Assembly (NCBI RefSeq): GCF_009834535.1
Contig: NC_045696.1
Location: 44,146,001 to 44,210,000 of the forward strand
Direction of reading: 5' to 3'
Source of the DNA: Camelus ferus
Taxonomy: Eukaryota
Length of the DNA stretch: 64,000 nucleotides
Every line of letters starts with the position of its first letter. Positions within the stretch are counted from its first letter, which is position 1. The position numbers were made by a program, and so were the translations under genes. The notes below the pieces were generated by a model that did no database searches, was not told where the DNA came from, and saw nothing but the letters and a program-made list of their open reading frames with translations. Positions 1 through 12,635 of the stretch are shown one piece after another.

Positions 1-895
1 TAGATAGATAGATTGATTGATTTATATAGATTAATCTGGAGAGACCTAATACCAATACCTCTACTAGAAAATGTGTCATTGCTTTTGTTTGCCTGCCCCT
101 TTGGCCAGCTGCATGCATATTATCACTGTACAAACCTCAGGGGCACAGAGAATCTGAAATAAGTGCTGAGTGATCACAGAACACATTCTCTGGGCAAGTG
201 CATCCTTTTCATTATGTGACAACCACAGCCTTCGTTTGTGTTGTTGTTCTTGTTCTAGTTTTTGTCCTTATGGAAATGCTTAGTTCCATTCTGCATGATA
301 TAATTCTGTGTGTTTTTTGTTCTGATTTTTAATTTTCACCCCTAGGCACTAAAGCCTGAGAAAACCATTGTTTTAGGTTTATTTCTAATACCAGTCTTCA
401 CAGAAGAATTGAAACAATTTGTAATCATAGACTCTATATCTTTCATTCAACAGACAAAAAGAACTCTTTTCAGAGTTTTTGATTCTCAAATACAAATAAA
501 TCAAAGAGAAAAATCAAACGCACCCCACTCTTGTCAAGATATAAAAGCACACACGCACACACAGTTTTAGAGTGATACACATCTCAGTGTGTCTTATGCA
601 AATAGGAAACTTTTATTGTATGTATTATTTTAAAAGTACTTATTTATATAAAGATAAATCAAGCATATAATAAAAAATATAAATTTTTACATAAAGGCTT
701 AAAAGCAAATACAAAGTCCCCGTCACCATCAAACCATTTCCTGAGTACTATTCCCTGCAGAAGTTCTGATTAGAAAATTTTAGTATATTGTTCGAAGAAA
801 ATGTATGCATATATACCAGCATATGAAAGCATACTACTCTATATGTTCCTTTGCATCTTGACTTTTAATTTAATGAAAAGCTCATGCTAAATCAT

Positions 896-1078
896 AAAAT
901 CCTCACAACAGCACTATGAAGTGAATATTCTTATTCACTTTACTTGGCAAATGAAGAAACTAAATTATTTGGCACCAAGATGTTAAGTAACTTGCCCGAG
1001 ATCACACAGCTTGTAAGTGGCAGAACCAGGGTTCAAGAACTGACATTCTGAACTTCAGATTCTATGCTTTTAGCTCTT
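896..1078 (-). mobile_element. MIR SINE
   Basis: aatcctcacaacagcactatgaag...gaagaaact...gttaagtaacttgcccgagatcacacagcttgtaagtggcagaaccagggttcaa follows the reverse-complement MIR core. Confidence 0.85.
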
Positions 1079-1719
1079 CATTATAATGTCTTAAGAATCT
1101 TTCTTCATCAAAAGATGTATATTTACAATATTGTTTTGAAAGACCATATGGCTTCAGAGATATTTTTTAAAATAAACATTCCTTTATTGAAAGAGTACAT
1201 AGCATTGTTTTCAGCATCCCTGTGGTAGAGCTATAGGAATGAGATACCAGCCTAGAAGCTTATCAAGTTAGCCTTTGTAACTTAGTTAAACTTAATTAAC
1301 TTCTTTAACTAAGTTAAAATCATTCTAACTTAGTCAATCTAACTTTTAACTTAGTGGAGGTAAGCACTCTCCATACACTTTGTTGAAATACTAAGCTGGA
1401 CAAAGTTTGTAGAATAGTAGCAAGATCTGCCTTAAGTCTCTCAAGGTGTACTTAGGATAGGGGAATGCTGTGCCCATACTGTTGGTTGGTGTTTTTTCCT
1501 GTCATTATTGCGGCTACCGCAGTCACGGTTCCTAGTCAGTATGAGGCTATTTCTTATTAATCCCCTTGGCAGACTATTCTCTGCCTCCAGATGAGATCTT
1601 CAGACTAAACTCCTTACTGGGTAGTGAGAAACTGTGGATAAAGCTATCTCAGGCATCAGGATTTTTCTCTACTTGAAGGCTGTACATGCTATTTTATCTT
1701 ATTTATTTATGTTTTAATC

Positions 1720-1802
1720 ATGTTTTTACTGAAGTATAGTTGATTAACAATGTTGTGTTAGTTTCTGGTGTACAGCATAGTGATTGAGTCATATATATAT
1801 AT

Positions 1803-1857
<55 letters not shown>

Positions 1858-1920
1858 TATACACATACATATTCTTTTTCATTATTGGTTATTATAAGGT
1901 ATTGAATATAGTTCCCTGTA
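1720..1920 (-). mobile_element. 5'-truncated L1 3' end (cetartiodactyl type)
   Basis: tgaagtatagttgattaacaatgttgtgttagtttctggtgtacagcatagtgatt...attgaatatagttccctgt; homologous to copies at 25.85 and 42.83 kb. Confidence 0.85.
1791..1870. repeat. Compound (TA)n(CA)n microsatellite inside the L1 3' UTR
   Basis: Directly visible dinucleotide runs. Confidence 0.95.
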
Positions 1921-4189
1921 TTATTAAAACACTCTATCACAAATTTTCAGAAATAAGTTCCCAAATTATTTCCTTCAACTCTAAAGATACCTACCTTGCC
2001 AATTATCTTTGTTCAGATAATAAAATAGAGTTTAAGTTCCTTTTCATTGCAAAAAATGAGAGCAAGCCAAAATTTACTTACAGTAAAGAAAATAAGACTT
2101 TATGCAAAATATGATGGTTATAAGAATTCAGATTGCTAAGGTTCACACAGTTCTCAGAAAGCCAGAGTCCCCAGCCTGTCCTCTCCTAGACGGAGAGGTG
2201 TGTAGGCATCTTCCTAAGCTTCTGAGGAGACAGAACATTTTGCCAATTATCACCTTCCATGTTTCATTTAATTACTATCATATTTAATAAAAGAATGCAA
2301 GCTAGTCTTCAAAGTGAAAATTTTAAAACTAATTTTACCTTATGTTAAAATCCCTGGTAAGTTGAACATTAAATGTATTATCCTTTCTCTGCATTCTCCA
2401 ATGTTTTCCTCCCTGTATGTACATTATTTTTCTAATTGGAAACATGCACCACCTCTCAAATATTTTAAAGAATTTCCTTAAGTTGTATGTCCCATGGTTA
2501 ACAAATAGTTCTTAGAATGTCTATTTTTGCCAAGTAAACAGTCATAGAATTTCTAATAAATGCAAGCATATTTTGATTGTGATATTAAATTCAGTACAAA
2601 TGGTAAGTATAGTTCAAAGCTAAAGAAAAATGCTAATTTTGTTTTTATTTTTCAAATGTTCAGATAACAGAGGCTATTACTCTGTAATAATTGTTCTACT
2701 GCAGCTGTGTATAAACTTACCTCTTTTTGGCTGATAAATATTACATGAGAAAAAAAGGAGTGTTTAAAACATTTCTTACAAGTTAAGAAAAATTTTTATC
2801 TAATTCTTATATTTGTTCTTGAACTTTCTAAATGCTATACATTGCTGCGTGAAATTTAGGATAACATATAAAATACATACTAATAGGAAATTTTCCCTTT
2901 CAAAAGACTTCATTTCTAAAAAGAGAATATAAGACTTTCAAAGAAGTGACATTTTTACCAAAAATCTTGATCTATCGTGACATGTTATCTAACTCTCACC
3001 TTGGGTGTAATTTACAAAATTGGTTTGAAGGCATTTGAGGAAGGTATGGGAGCCATGGTCTGCATTACTGATAAATTTATCCAAGTACTTGATAGTCCAT
3101 TAGGTGAATGATTCATCTGAAAGCAAGCAGACCGATATCCACACAGTGTTCCAAACACACAACCAATTTGAGAAGCAACCAGACAGCGGTTACCTACTTA
3201 GGGTCTGCCTGTGACCACATAAGTAATGCCTCACGTTCCCACTTCTAACAAGATTATATTTGCTGCTTTCAAAAATTGCTGTTTTTTTCTTGAATAGATG
3301 AATGTCACATATGCTGTAATTAGAAGGCAACTAAAGACTATCCAATTCAGTGAAAAAGGGTATGGAGGGGGAGAGAAAGAGCTGTAATACAGACAGAAAT
3401 ATTTGAACTAATGAGTCAACATTGCCTGAGAAGTCTTAGGTACTGTCATTAATGTATCTTAAATTACAGTATCTGAAATCTCTGGGCCTGGATTCTTCCC
3501 TGCTCCCTACTCTCTGATTTCCCTGGTGATTTCACACAGAGACTCAAAGTTTCATTTTATAAATTTCCCATGATAGCAACTCCACGCTCAGTAGTCCTAC
3601 AAATATACTTAGGCATATTTGTGATTTATTTTGTGTTAAGTGCTAAAATATTTATTTGGGCTCAGTGGTGACTAAATCCTGAGAAAACAATGTAAATACC
3701 TTCAAATTTTATTTTTAGTTTTGGAATTACCATTTTCAAAAGAATTTATAATTATCTATTTTTTGATCATAATGTTCTAATTAGCCTCTTTTTTTTTTTT
3801 TTTTTTGCAAATTAATAATCCCTAGGTCTGTATCTTGTAGACTTTATACTACAGATATTTACAGGCCTAATTCACATAATCCTTCCAAATGGCTTATCTG
3901 CTTACTATTGACAGAACCCTGGGCTGCTGTGTTGCACAATTCCAGCAGGTGCATTCATATAATCTATGTGAACAGTGCTTCTGGAGTTTTGCAAGGTGCA
4001 ATCTATTCACATAAACTATAATGGGAAAATGCCTTCTGGAGTTATGTACTACAGTAGGATGGCTAGGCCCATCATGGTTTTTTTTTATTATCTGCTCCTT
4101 TGCTCTCATTATATGTTCTGTGCTAGTAATCCCACCACCAAACTCCAGACTACCTAAATGAGGTTAAACCTTATATTTCAATGCCTAAT

Positions 4190-4430
4190 TTAAAGGTTGC
4201 CATGTCAGTGAGCCTACCTAATGAATGAAGTTGCTATGTCCTCCCCTGTGCTCCAAAAGCCATTTGTTCTTATAAGAGGTCAGCAGTCCCTCTGTTGCTT
4301 TATGTGTGTGTATTGCCTTTCCTGCTTGAGAATGAAATGTTTAAGGACAAGAATCATGATTTGCTGATCTTTGAGTAAGTATGTCATATTGCTTGCTTCA
4401 TGGTTGGGCTAGAAATAATTTGCCAAATTG
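4190..4430 (+). mobile_element. Degraded L2 3' fragment
   Basis: ctcccctgtgctcc...aaggacaagaatcatgatttgctgatcttt resembles the L2 3' region. Confidence 0.45.
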
Positions 4431-6353
4431 ATTTCAATGAAATGAGAATTCTCATGTAACTCAAGAAAGTACTTCAAAATACCTATTGGCCCTTAAGGTA
4501 AAAAATAATACCCAAACCACTTACCTAAAATTTCATTCTTAAAAATCACTCTCATTTTAGGGACAAATTCTGTTTCATATGTTTTGTTGATGTGGCTCTG
4601 TGCACAATACAAAATACAGAATCACCAGACTCAAACACAGGTTCCTTGGAGCAATGTCTTCCTATTTCCCTGCTTGATTATTCCTCCAATGGTCACAGGA
4701 ATGCTAAACTAAACCCACAAAACTTACATAATTCTTTTTTTAGTAATGCTTCCAAAGCCTAAGCCTGCTCCTTATAATACAAATTAAAATCTGTACATCA
4801 GAAATTCAGAATATTATCTTAAAGATCAAAAAAGGGTCATCTTCCATAAATGCAGACACTGATCCCTGTTTCAAGCAATTTTCTTTGATCTACTGTAAGT
4901 TATGTGGGTGCCAGTTTCCTACTGTGTGCAGAAATTTCACCAGGTAAGGGCAAACCGATCAGGTAACTGTCCGTTTTTTAAATAAATCATAACACAATAT
5001 AAGACAGTGTGATGCTAAGAAAAAATATGACAATACAAATAGCTAATTGATCTTTAATTATTAGACATCCCATAAGATTTTAGAAGGTCTAATTGGTACC
5101 CTTTAGGTAAACAGCTGCAGAAAGCTGATATATGGAGAAATGTATACAATAAGGAGAAAGCCAGTTCTGAGATTTAGACAAGTTGGATTTAACAGGTATT
5201 TATTGAGAACCTATTATACTCCTGGCTCTAATACAGAACTATGGTTAAAAGTAAAGAAAACATAAAAATTTCTTCCTTCAGTATAGTAGGAAGAGAAATT
5301 AATGCTGAAGAAATAGGTTGGGGCTTGATTGTTAGATGGGCTTTAAATTACATGTAATTATGTTTCTTCTAAACCAACCTAATCCCATCATTTGTAACAA
5401 ATCTTGGCATTTATCTGTCTTATTCTAAGGGGCTGTCAACCAGGAATAGCAAAGGTGCTTCCTGGCTCATCAACACTACATCTGAGTATGCAGTTCCAAC
5501 TGCAGCTTTAGTTTATGCCTCATCATGTGACACATTGTGATGGAAGTGCCAATAGACCCCAATAGATTGTGTTGGCTCTGAAAGCCAGTTTGAACATTTA
5601 GAAGCTGATCTGGCAGAAGACACTTCCCTAAAGACCTTTTCTAACATCTGAACATGCAGTTTTCTATGCCTGCACCTTTTCACACTATAAACACAAGCTT
5701 TCTGTCAAACACTGGTGTTAAATAATCAGCATCCTTCCCCAGCCAGCATTTACTTGTATAGCAGAGCATGCCAATGAATCTCCCAGCGCTGACTACCAGC
5801 CAAACCATTTCCAAAGAAAACAGAGCTATTAACCCTTAGAATTCTTTAATTGTCTCTTGTTATTTTTCAGTAATTTTCTCTTATGCTGCGTAAATACTAA
5901 AGATGATGGAGGAAACGGATTACCTTGGGATTCAGATGTAAAGACACCATCATTAAGGTACAAAAATCACTTGGATTACAATTTCACTTAAAAAAAATCT
6001 AATAACTTTCTTAACAACAACCATAGTGAAATTGCTTCTGTGTCTTGTTTCTGCCTATGCAAAACCAAAGAGAAGAAAAGATTTGTTTTCAAAAGAGTGT
6101 GAGCTAAATTGATTTAATTGTTTCTAAGGACATTGAAAGATTCACTGATACAAGATACAGTAAATAAAAGTGATGACAAAGCACTGAAGACTTGGATACT
6201 GTTCCAGAAGTTCATATGACTGCTTAAACTTGCTATGTCTCAACATCTCTTGTTACCCACTTTTGGAACATAGTTAAGACTAGAAATGTAATTATCTTGA
6301 TCTGACTAGACTTTTTTTTTTTTTTTTCTCTTATTAGATTTTAATCTCTTAAA

Positions 6354-6853
6354 GCAATACTGTCTGTTAGAAATATAATGCAAGCCAGAAATGCATTTTT
6401 CGTTTGTTTGTTTGCTTTGAAGTTTTTTTTTTGATTTATAATCATTTTACAATGTTGTGTCAAATTCCAGTGTAGAGCACAATTTTTCAGTTATACATGA
6501 ACATATATATATTCATTGTCACATTTTTTTCTCTGTGAGCTACCATAAGATCTTGTGTATATTTCCCTGTGCTATACAGTATAATCTTGTTTATCTATTG
6601 AAATGCATTTTTAAATATTCTAGTAGTTACAATAAAAAGTAACAGGTAAATTAAAAATGTATTTTGTTTAACTCAGTTTATCCAAAATGTTATCATTTCA
6701 ACAAGTGTTCATTATAAAAAATTAATTTATGATTTTTTTGAGACTGCCTTTTCAAGTTCCAAATTAGATGTGTTATACTAACACATCTAAATTCAGACTA
6801 GCCACATTTTAAGTGCTCAATAGCCACATGTGACTACCATATTGCATAGCATA
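6354..6853 (+). mobile_element. MER33 (hAT-Charlie) DNA transposon, split by an L1 insertion
   Basis: tagaaatataatgcaagcca...tctagtag...ttatccaaaatgttatcatttcaaca...acatctaaattcagactagccacattttaagtgctcaatagccacatgtg matches both MER33 halves. Confidence 0.85.
6401..6599 (-). mobile_element. Young 5'-truncated L1 3' end with perfect 13-bp TSD
   Basis: TSD gaaatgcattttt at 6388-6400 and 6600-6612; T-rich tail; tttacaatgttgtgtcaaattccagtgtagagcac...tttccctgtgctatacagt. Confidence 0.9.
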
Positions 6854-8689
6854 GTCTTACGAGGTGACACTATATATCTGTGTCAGTGGTTGGTACCATG
6901 TTCTGGACAAGTGTATGTGTTTATCAGGGCCTAAAAATAGTACATTATTATGATGAGTGATGTTTGTAAACTAATTTGTCATTTAGAAGTATGTCATGTG
7001 GTAATTTATGACATCATCCCACAATGTTTGAAAGTATTGATTCACATTCCAACAGCGAGGAATTGACTCCTTACTTACTGATTAAGGAAGCCTATAATTC
7101 ATTAACACTAAGAGTTGTTTAGGAAAAAAGACATTTTAAAACATCAATACTTCTCAATTTCCTTTTTTTCTTTTATGTAACTTAAAAACAGCTGAGGCAA
7201 CACATATCAAAGATTTAGAACATCAATCATCATTAAGAACTAAAACTGAAATAAAATAACAAAAGACTAGTCAACATTTTCAGAATTATTATCACTTAAG
7301 GCAGATGTGTCAAGTTCTGGGACCCCCCCTCCCTAAAATTCAAGATTTATCTTTTCCGAAAACTTCTCTCTGGAAAAATTCTCATTGCTTTCTCTTATAT
7401 GCGATTCAAATGCTCAGCCTCCTCATTGTGTGGCTCTAAAGGATTAATCGTAAGTGGATTTCCTGGCTAGTGCTCATACTTGCTCATGCTAGAGTTTTGG
7501 ATTCCTACAAATTCTCCTTTAAATGTTTTTTCTCAAGTCACGGGATGTGTCTCATTGCTGCTCAGAAACAGCATGCAGCCTTTGCCATACCCTTCCACAA
7601 TCCAGCTTCCCTCTTGGGTGTCTTGCTTTTCCCAGTAGACTGTTTGAAGTTGAGCCCATCTATAGGATGTATTTAGCAGTTTAATTTAGAGACATGGTTA
7701 GCAGTATAATTGCTGTATCCTCCAGCTGTCAACTAGGCAAGCTGTCCAGGTAACATTTGTTGCCAAAACTATTTATTAGCAATTTGGAGAAAACAGTCCT
7801 CTCCCTGGTGCTGTGGTATCCTTTTAACCAGGCCCCAAGGTGATGCTTAATATGCTTTGTATCTGATACTGCCCCTATCAAAATAGCCACTTTAAACTTC
7901 TGCTTACAGCTTCTCTATAGTGGGTCAGATCAGGTCCCCAGGGCTAAACCAGTTTTCACAGACTATCCTGTCTTGTTTGCCAGTAACCACTGCCTTCATC
8001 CTACCATGAGCTTCTTGCTTTATCAGTGCGAACAAAGCGTAGGCACTTAATATTTTGAATGAAAAATTCTTTTATCTAATTCCATTTTCATATTCTCTAT
8101 ATAATAATATTTATTTAAAATTTAAGAATTATTTAAAGTGTTTAAAAATATTAATTGCAAATTGATTGTGAAATTTTGTTTTTTAAAAACAGAAACAACT
8201 TCCTCATTTATTCTGTTTATAGAAGTAATAGTCATTGTAAAACATAAATCAAACTTTGAGGATTTCTATAAAATTTCTTATAATCCCTAACAGTGAAATT
8301 TTCTAAATGGTTTGTTTCAACTCTTTAAAAATGCTTTGTGCATTCTCTTTCTCACAAAGGTCATATGGTTGTACATGTTGTATAACATACTTTTTCATGT
8401 TTTTATATATAGGAGATATAGTATCTACCTTGGAATTTTTATTAGATGCATAATATTCCATTACATTTATGTACCATGAATAATTAACCAACTCTTATTG
8501 GTGAATAATTTATTTCATATTGTTTTTCATTAAAACCTCAGTGTAAGAGATATGTTTTACATATGAGTTGGAGTTGCTGCTAATTGTATCTTCTTGAGAA
8601 TTCCTCCAATGTGAAACCCTTGTGTAAGTTTACTCAGACATAGGAACAGTCTTTAGGGAGAAAGTTTTAGGCATACTGATTTCTGTTGC

Positions 8690-9110
8690 TCATGGGAGAT
8701 TCAGGTAGAGATGTCCAGTAGGTAATTTTTAAACTCTTACGAGTTTAGGAGTCAAGTCTAGGATAAATATGGAATAGATAGCTTCCAGCCTATCCTGAGG
8801 GTTAGGAGCCATGAGAATGGAAGCAAGAAGGGTGGTTTGGGTTGTGAAGAAATACAGTTCTGTGGAGTTCTAGGGAATATTTAGGGGTCAGAGAAAGATG
8901 GAGGATGAACATTCAAACCGTAAAGAATTAAAGAGAGAATGGCTTCATTGAAACAGGAAGACTTTCAAAAGATGAGATGTTTTCAACAGTGTTTGATCAG
9001 ATAAGAAGCAATATTTTTCTATAAATTGTGTCAAATAGAAAATTGTTGGTGATCTTACCAAGAGTCATTTTAAAGAAGTAATAGGAGATGCTTTCAATTT
9101 GTGTAAATGT
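8690..9110 (-). mobile_element. L2 LINE fragment
   Basis: gagatgtccagtaggtaa...ggagccatgagaatgg...ttggtgatcttaccaagagtcatttt resembles antisense L2 ORF region. Confidence 0.6.
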
Positions 9111-9963
9111 GAATTAAGAAATTAAATTACTTTTTCAAGAAATCAAGCTATAAAATGACAGAGTGATAGGTAGATGAGTGGGACAGTAGTCAGGGAGGAT
9201 TTTTTGTTGATTTTATAGACAAAAATGTCTCGAAAAAATTTAGAGAGAGAGGAACTACTAAAAAAATGGTAATTTGAAGTTAGGTGATAGGTGATAGTTT
9301 GTAAAGTACAAAGAAGGCTGAGGATAAAACTGGAATTATAATATTTCATTGTTTAAAGATTGCTTACAAACTGTTATCTTTGGTTTAAAGATGGGAAAAT
9401 AGAGATATGGACCAAGAAACCCTAACTAAAGAGCACTGCAAAAAAGAGAAAAACAGAAACCAAATATGAAATAAGCCATCAAGCTTTTCTTTTTAACTGT
9501 ACAATGTGGCTTCAATAAAAAGATAGGATTTTGTGAATCAAGATTCCTATACTGCTGTATTTACAACCTACAAATCCCACTGCCAATGTAAAAGCTCATG
9601 TTAGTGAAGACAATTTTGTTCAAGCCATACTTAAAGGAAAATCAATTGTTTCCTTCCTCTTTTCTTTTTGGAGCTCTTTAAATTTTCAATGCAGTATATC
9701 CCCTCAAATTCACTTCTTTGATATTTAAACAATTTAATTGAGTTTACATCTATGTACTCAAAAATGTAGATTTTAAAATGATCACTATTTATTTTAGTTT
9801 ATTTTGGAATAAAGATATTTGCATTGCACTACAGTCATTCATCCAACAGCAACAACAAGGAGCTGCAAATCATACCACGCTGGTGGGTGGAGGGGACGTG
9901 AGAGTGTAATACAAACACCTGCTCCTCAAACGGTTTGCAAACTACTTTGAAAAAAAATTATAC

Positions 9964-10220
9964 TCACCATTTGTAGGACATTCTTTTCATCCCATTTTGC
10001 TTGCAAACAAGTTTATCTGGGGGACTTATTCATTGCCAGGTGGCTGATGGATTTGCATTGATTTATTTAAAGTGCTTTCCTTGTGATCAGATGCAGATAC
10101 TTGCAAGAAGGCCAGCAGAGACGAAAACTCTGTTTGTGGCCAAGGAACAAAGTGAGAGAAGCCCGCATTCATGACTTTGACCTTATTAGTATGGTGTTTC
10201 AAACAACTCCACTAACCAGA
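9964..10220 (-). mobile_element. MamSINE1-like ancient SINE (tRNA-Ile-derived head)
   Basis: Reverse strand reads ggttagtggagttgtttgaaacaccatactaataaggtcaaagtcatg (decayed tRNA-Ile head), then ttccttggccaca, gatcacaagg, tgcaaatccatca, atgtcctacaaatggtg in MamSINE1 order. Confidence 0.7.
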
Positions 10221-11236
10221 CATGGAGGATTTGTTGATAAATATGCACATATATAAAGGCAGAGTACTTAATGCAGCGTGTCTTACTCATACACTCAGAT
10301 GCTCCTGTGAAGCAATTTGCATTTCCTAAAATACATGAATCTATTCATATTTTTCGGAATTGGTAAGAAGGGATTTTGAAAGCACCCTTCTTAACTTTCT
10401 ACTTAATTAATTACAGAGCCAATGAAATATAAGCAGCAGAGATTTGAAGTACAATAATCTATGTTCTTTGTTTAGATAAAATTTTATCTATCTCATAAAA
10501 TACAAACACCAGATACCTAATGAATTATTTAGATCAACTGATCTACAGTCAGAGTTTCAGATTCTGCCAAGCCAGAACACCAGAAGAATACAGCACGGTT
10601 GAGAAGCAGAATGATTTGCTTCCTCACTGGGCTCATATGTCACTTGGTTCACATGTATGCTAGCAAAATTTCCATGTTGTGTTGTATCTGCTTACTTTTC
10701 AATTCACCAAGGCATGAGACCCCAAAAGCAGTGTCATAGCTTTGTCTTCTTGATATTTCTGTTATTAAGCAATATTCCTACACATAGTGCACTCACAATA
10801 TTTATTTTATAAAGCAGTGTATTAAGTTTTTGTACTTTTCTATTCTAATCATCCCCATCTTCAGTGAGCATATATAGGTATTATAATATAATTTAGATTT
10901 ACAGAGATTATTATAAAAGCATATATCCTCATATAAAGGATATATTTATGATTTGAGTTTCAGTTATAATAAACTTGTCTAATTTAGAAACTAATAATTC
11001 TTTTTAGCTGTTGCTCCAGTCTATTATTTTATGTTAAGATATCCAAGAACAAGTAGTTTGTTCAATTGTTCCAGTTCTGATATAGTTGTTTATTGTTGAT
11101 TGCTGTTCCAGCAAACTGATAATTGAATAATAATCCAGATCTCTGTTTTCCCTCCCACTGAAGGATTACGATGTCTTACTAAGCATCCAATATTAAAATT
11201 TCTATAATTGTCTTTTTTGTCTCCTTTTGGGTTTGG

Positions 11237-11240
<4 letters not shown>

Positions 11241-11268
<28 letters not shown>
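11241..11268. repeat. (GT)14 microsatellite
   Basis: Directly visible. Confidence 0.95.
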
Positions 11269-11271
<3 letters not shown>

Positions 11272-12444
11272 GGCCTGAAAATGATGCAGTAATGTTGATC
11301 AAACACAGAAATACGTAAGTATTGACATTCACCTGTTTAGGGTAGGGAAAATAGTATGTTTTTTTCTCTTACTCCAGTGATTAGTGACACTGAAACAAGA
11401 ACAAAGTTTATTTAATTTGATTTTGGTTAGGCTATTGGAACTACTTTCTCCTAAAGACCATAAAATCAACTATCATAATAAGATCCTCATGTTGCCCTAA
11501 AACATGTCAGAATAATTCTCTATGCCACAAATGACAACAGATGTCTTAGATTTATTTTCATTATTTTATGCACATAAGATCCCTATACTTTTAGCACACA
11601 CAAGACAAAAAAATGAGTCATGAAACTGAAGACAGATTTATAAAAATAAGTCAGAACAATTATTTGCATCTCCGTGAAATCCCAGCATTGCCTGGTCTTA
11701 CAGGGTCCCTGTAATGAACAAAGGAATTAAAGTAATTCTCTAAATAAGCACATTTGTCAAAGAGATCGATGTATTCAGCCCCCAGCGCAATTATCTAGCT
11801 TTGGCTTCGGAGAGCTGACGATCAGCTAATTAAATTGCCTTTGAAAGATCAACAGGAAAACAGATTCTACCACATTTACTCACTTCTTTTTCAGCAACAG
11901 TAATGCTTTATGACTTAATTCTCAACATCATTGAACTAATGGAAAGATCAGAGAAAATCCCTAAAAAATGCTCCACTCCAAGTTCATTGCTACAAATCAT
12001 TTTCTTTGCCTCTGAAGTAAAGATAACAATCATTTGTTCAGGCCCACAAAGTGACCGTGGGGCCAAAAAGAGACTCTCTGTCACATAAGGTCTTCCTTAT
12101 GGAAAGAGAGGAGTCATTCTATTTACAGTCCAATTTTGACCTGTGAGGTGGGCAATGATAAAACACTGCTCACATTTCCTCATTTTAGAAATCAGTGCGA
12201 TAGGGAAAATAGAACATTTTTTTTTCCTTCTACATAGATACTGATAGAGCACTAATCATGATTTGCCCCTTCTACCTGTATCAAGGGGACACGTGACTAG
12301 GGATCTGTGATCCTTAATACTATAATCCTTTACTTTTGGTTGACTTCTGTTTGTTTTTTTACGTCTCATCATCATAATTATCATCATCATCAGTCCAAAA
12401 TATTGTAGTTATTGAACACGTATGTGTCAATCTATGCTGATACT

Positions 12445-12635
12445 TATTATGTGCCAATCTATCCTAAATGATTCAAATGTACTATCTGACTTAGTTCTTA
12501 ATTTACCATTGTTTCCTCCATTTTAAACCTGAAGAAACTGAGACGTTTGGAGAATAAGTCATGGGCCTGCAAAGTAGTAGAATACTGTCTTGAACTCAGA
12601 TGTGTCCAAGATCCTACTCTTAACCACTTCGCTAT
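12445..12635 (-). mobile_element. MIR SINE
   Basis: acttattatgtgcca...ccattttaaacctgaagaaactgagac...ttgaactcagatg...actcttaaccact. Confidence 0.7.

Noticed and set aside
1758..1940. 60-aa ORF with VCVC/YIYI runs
   Set aside because: Translation of a microsatellite inside an L1 3' UTR
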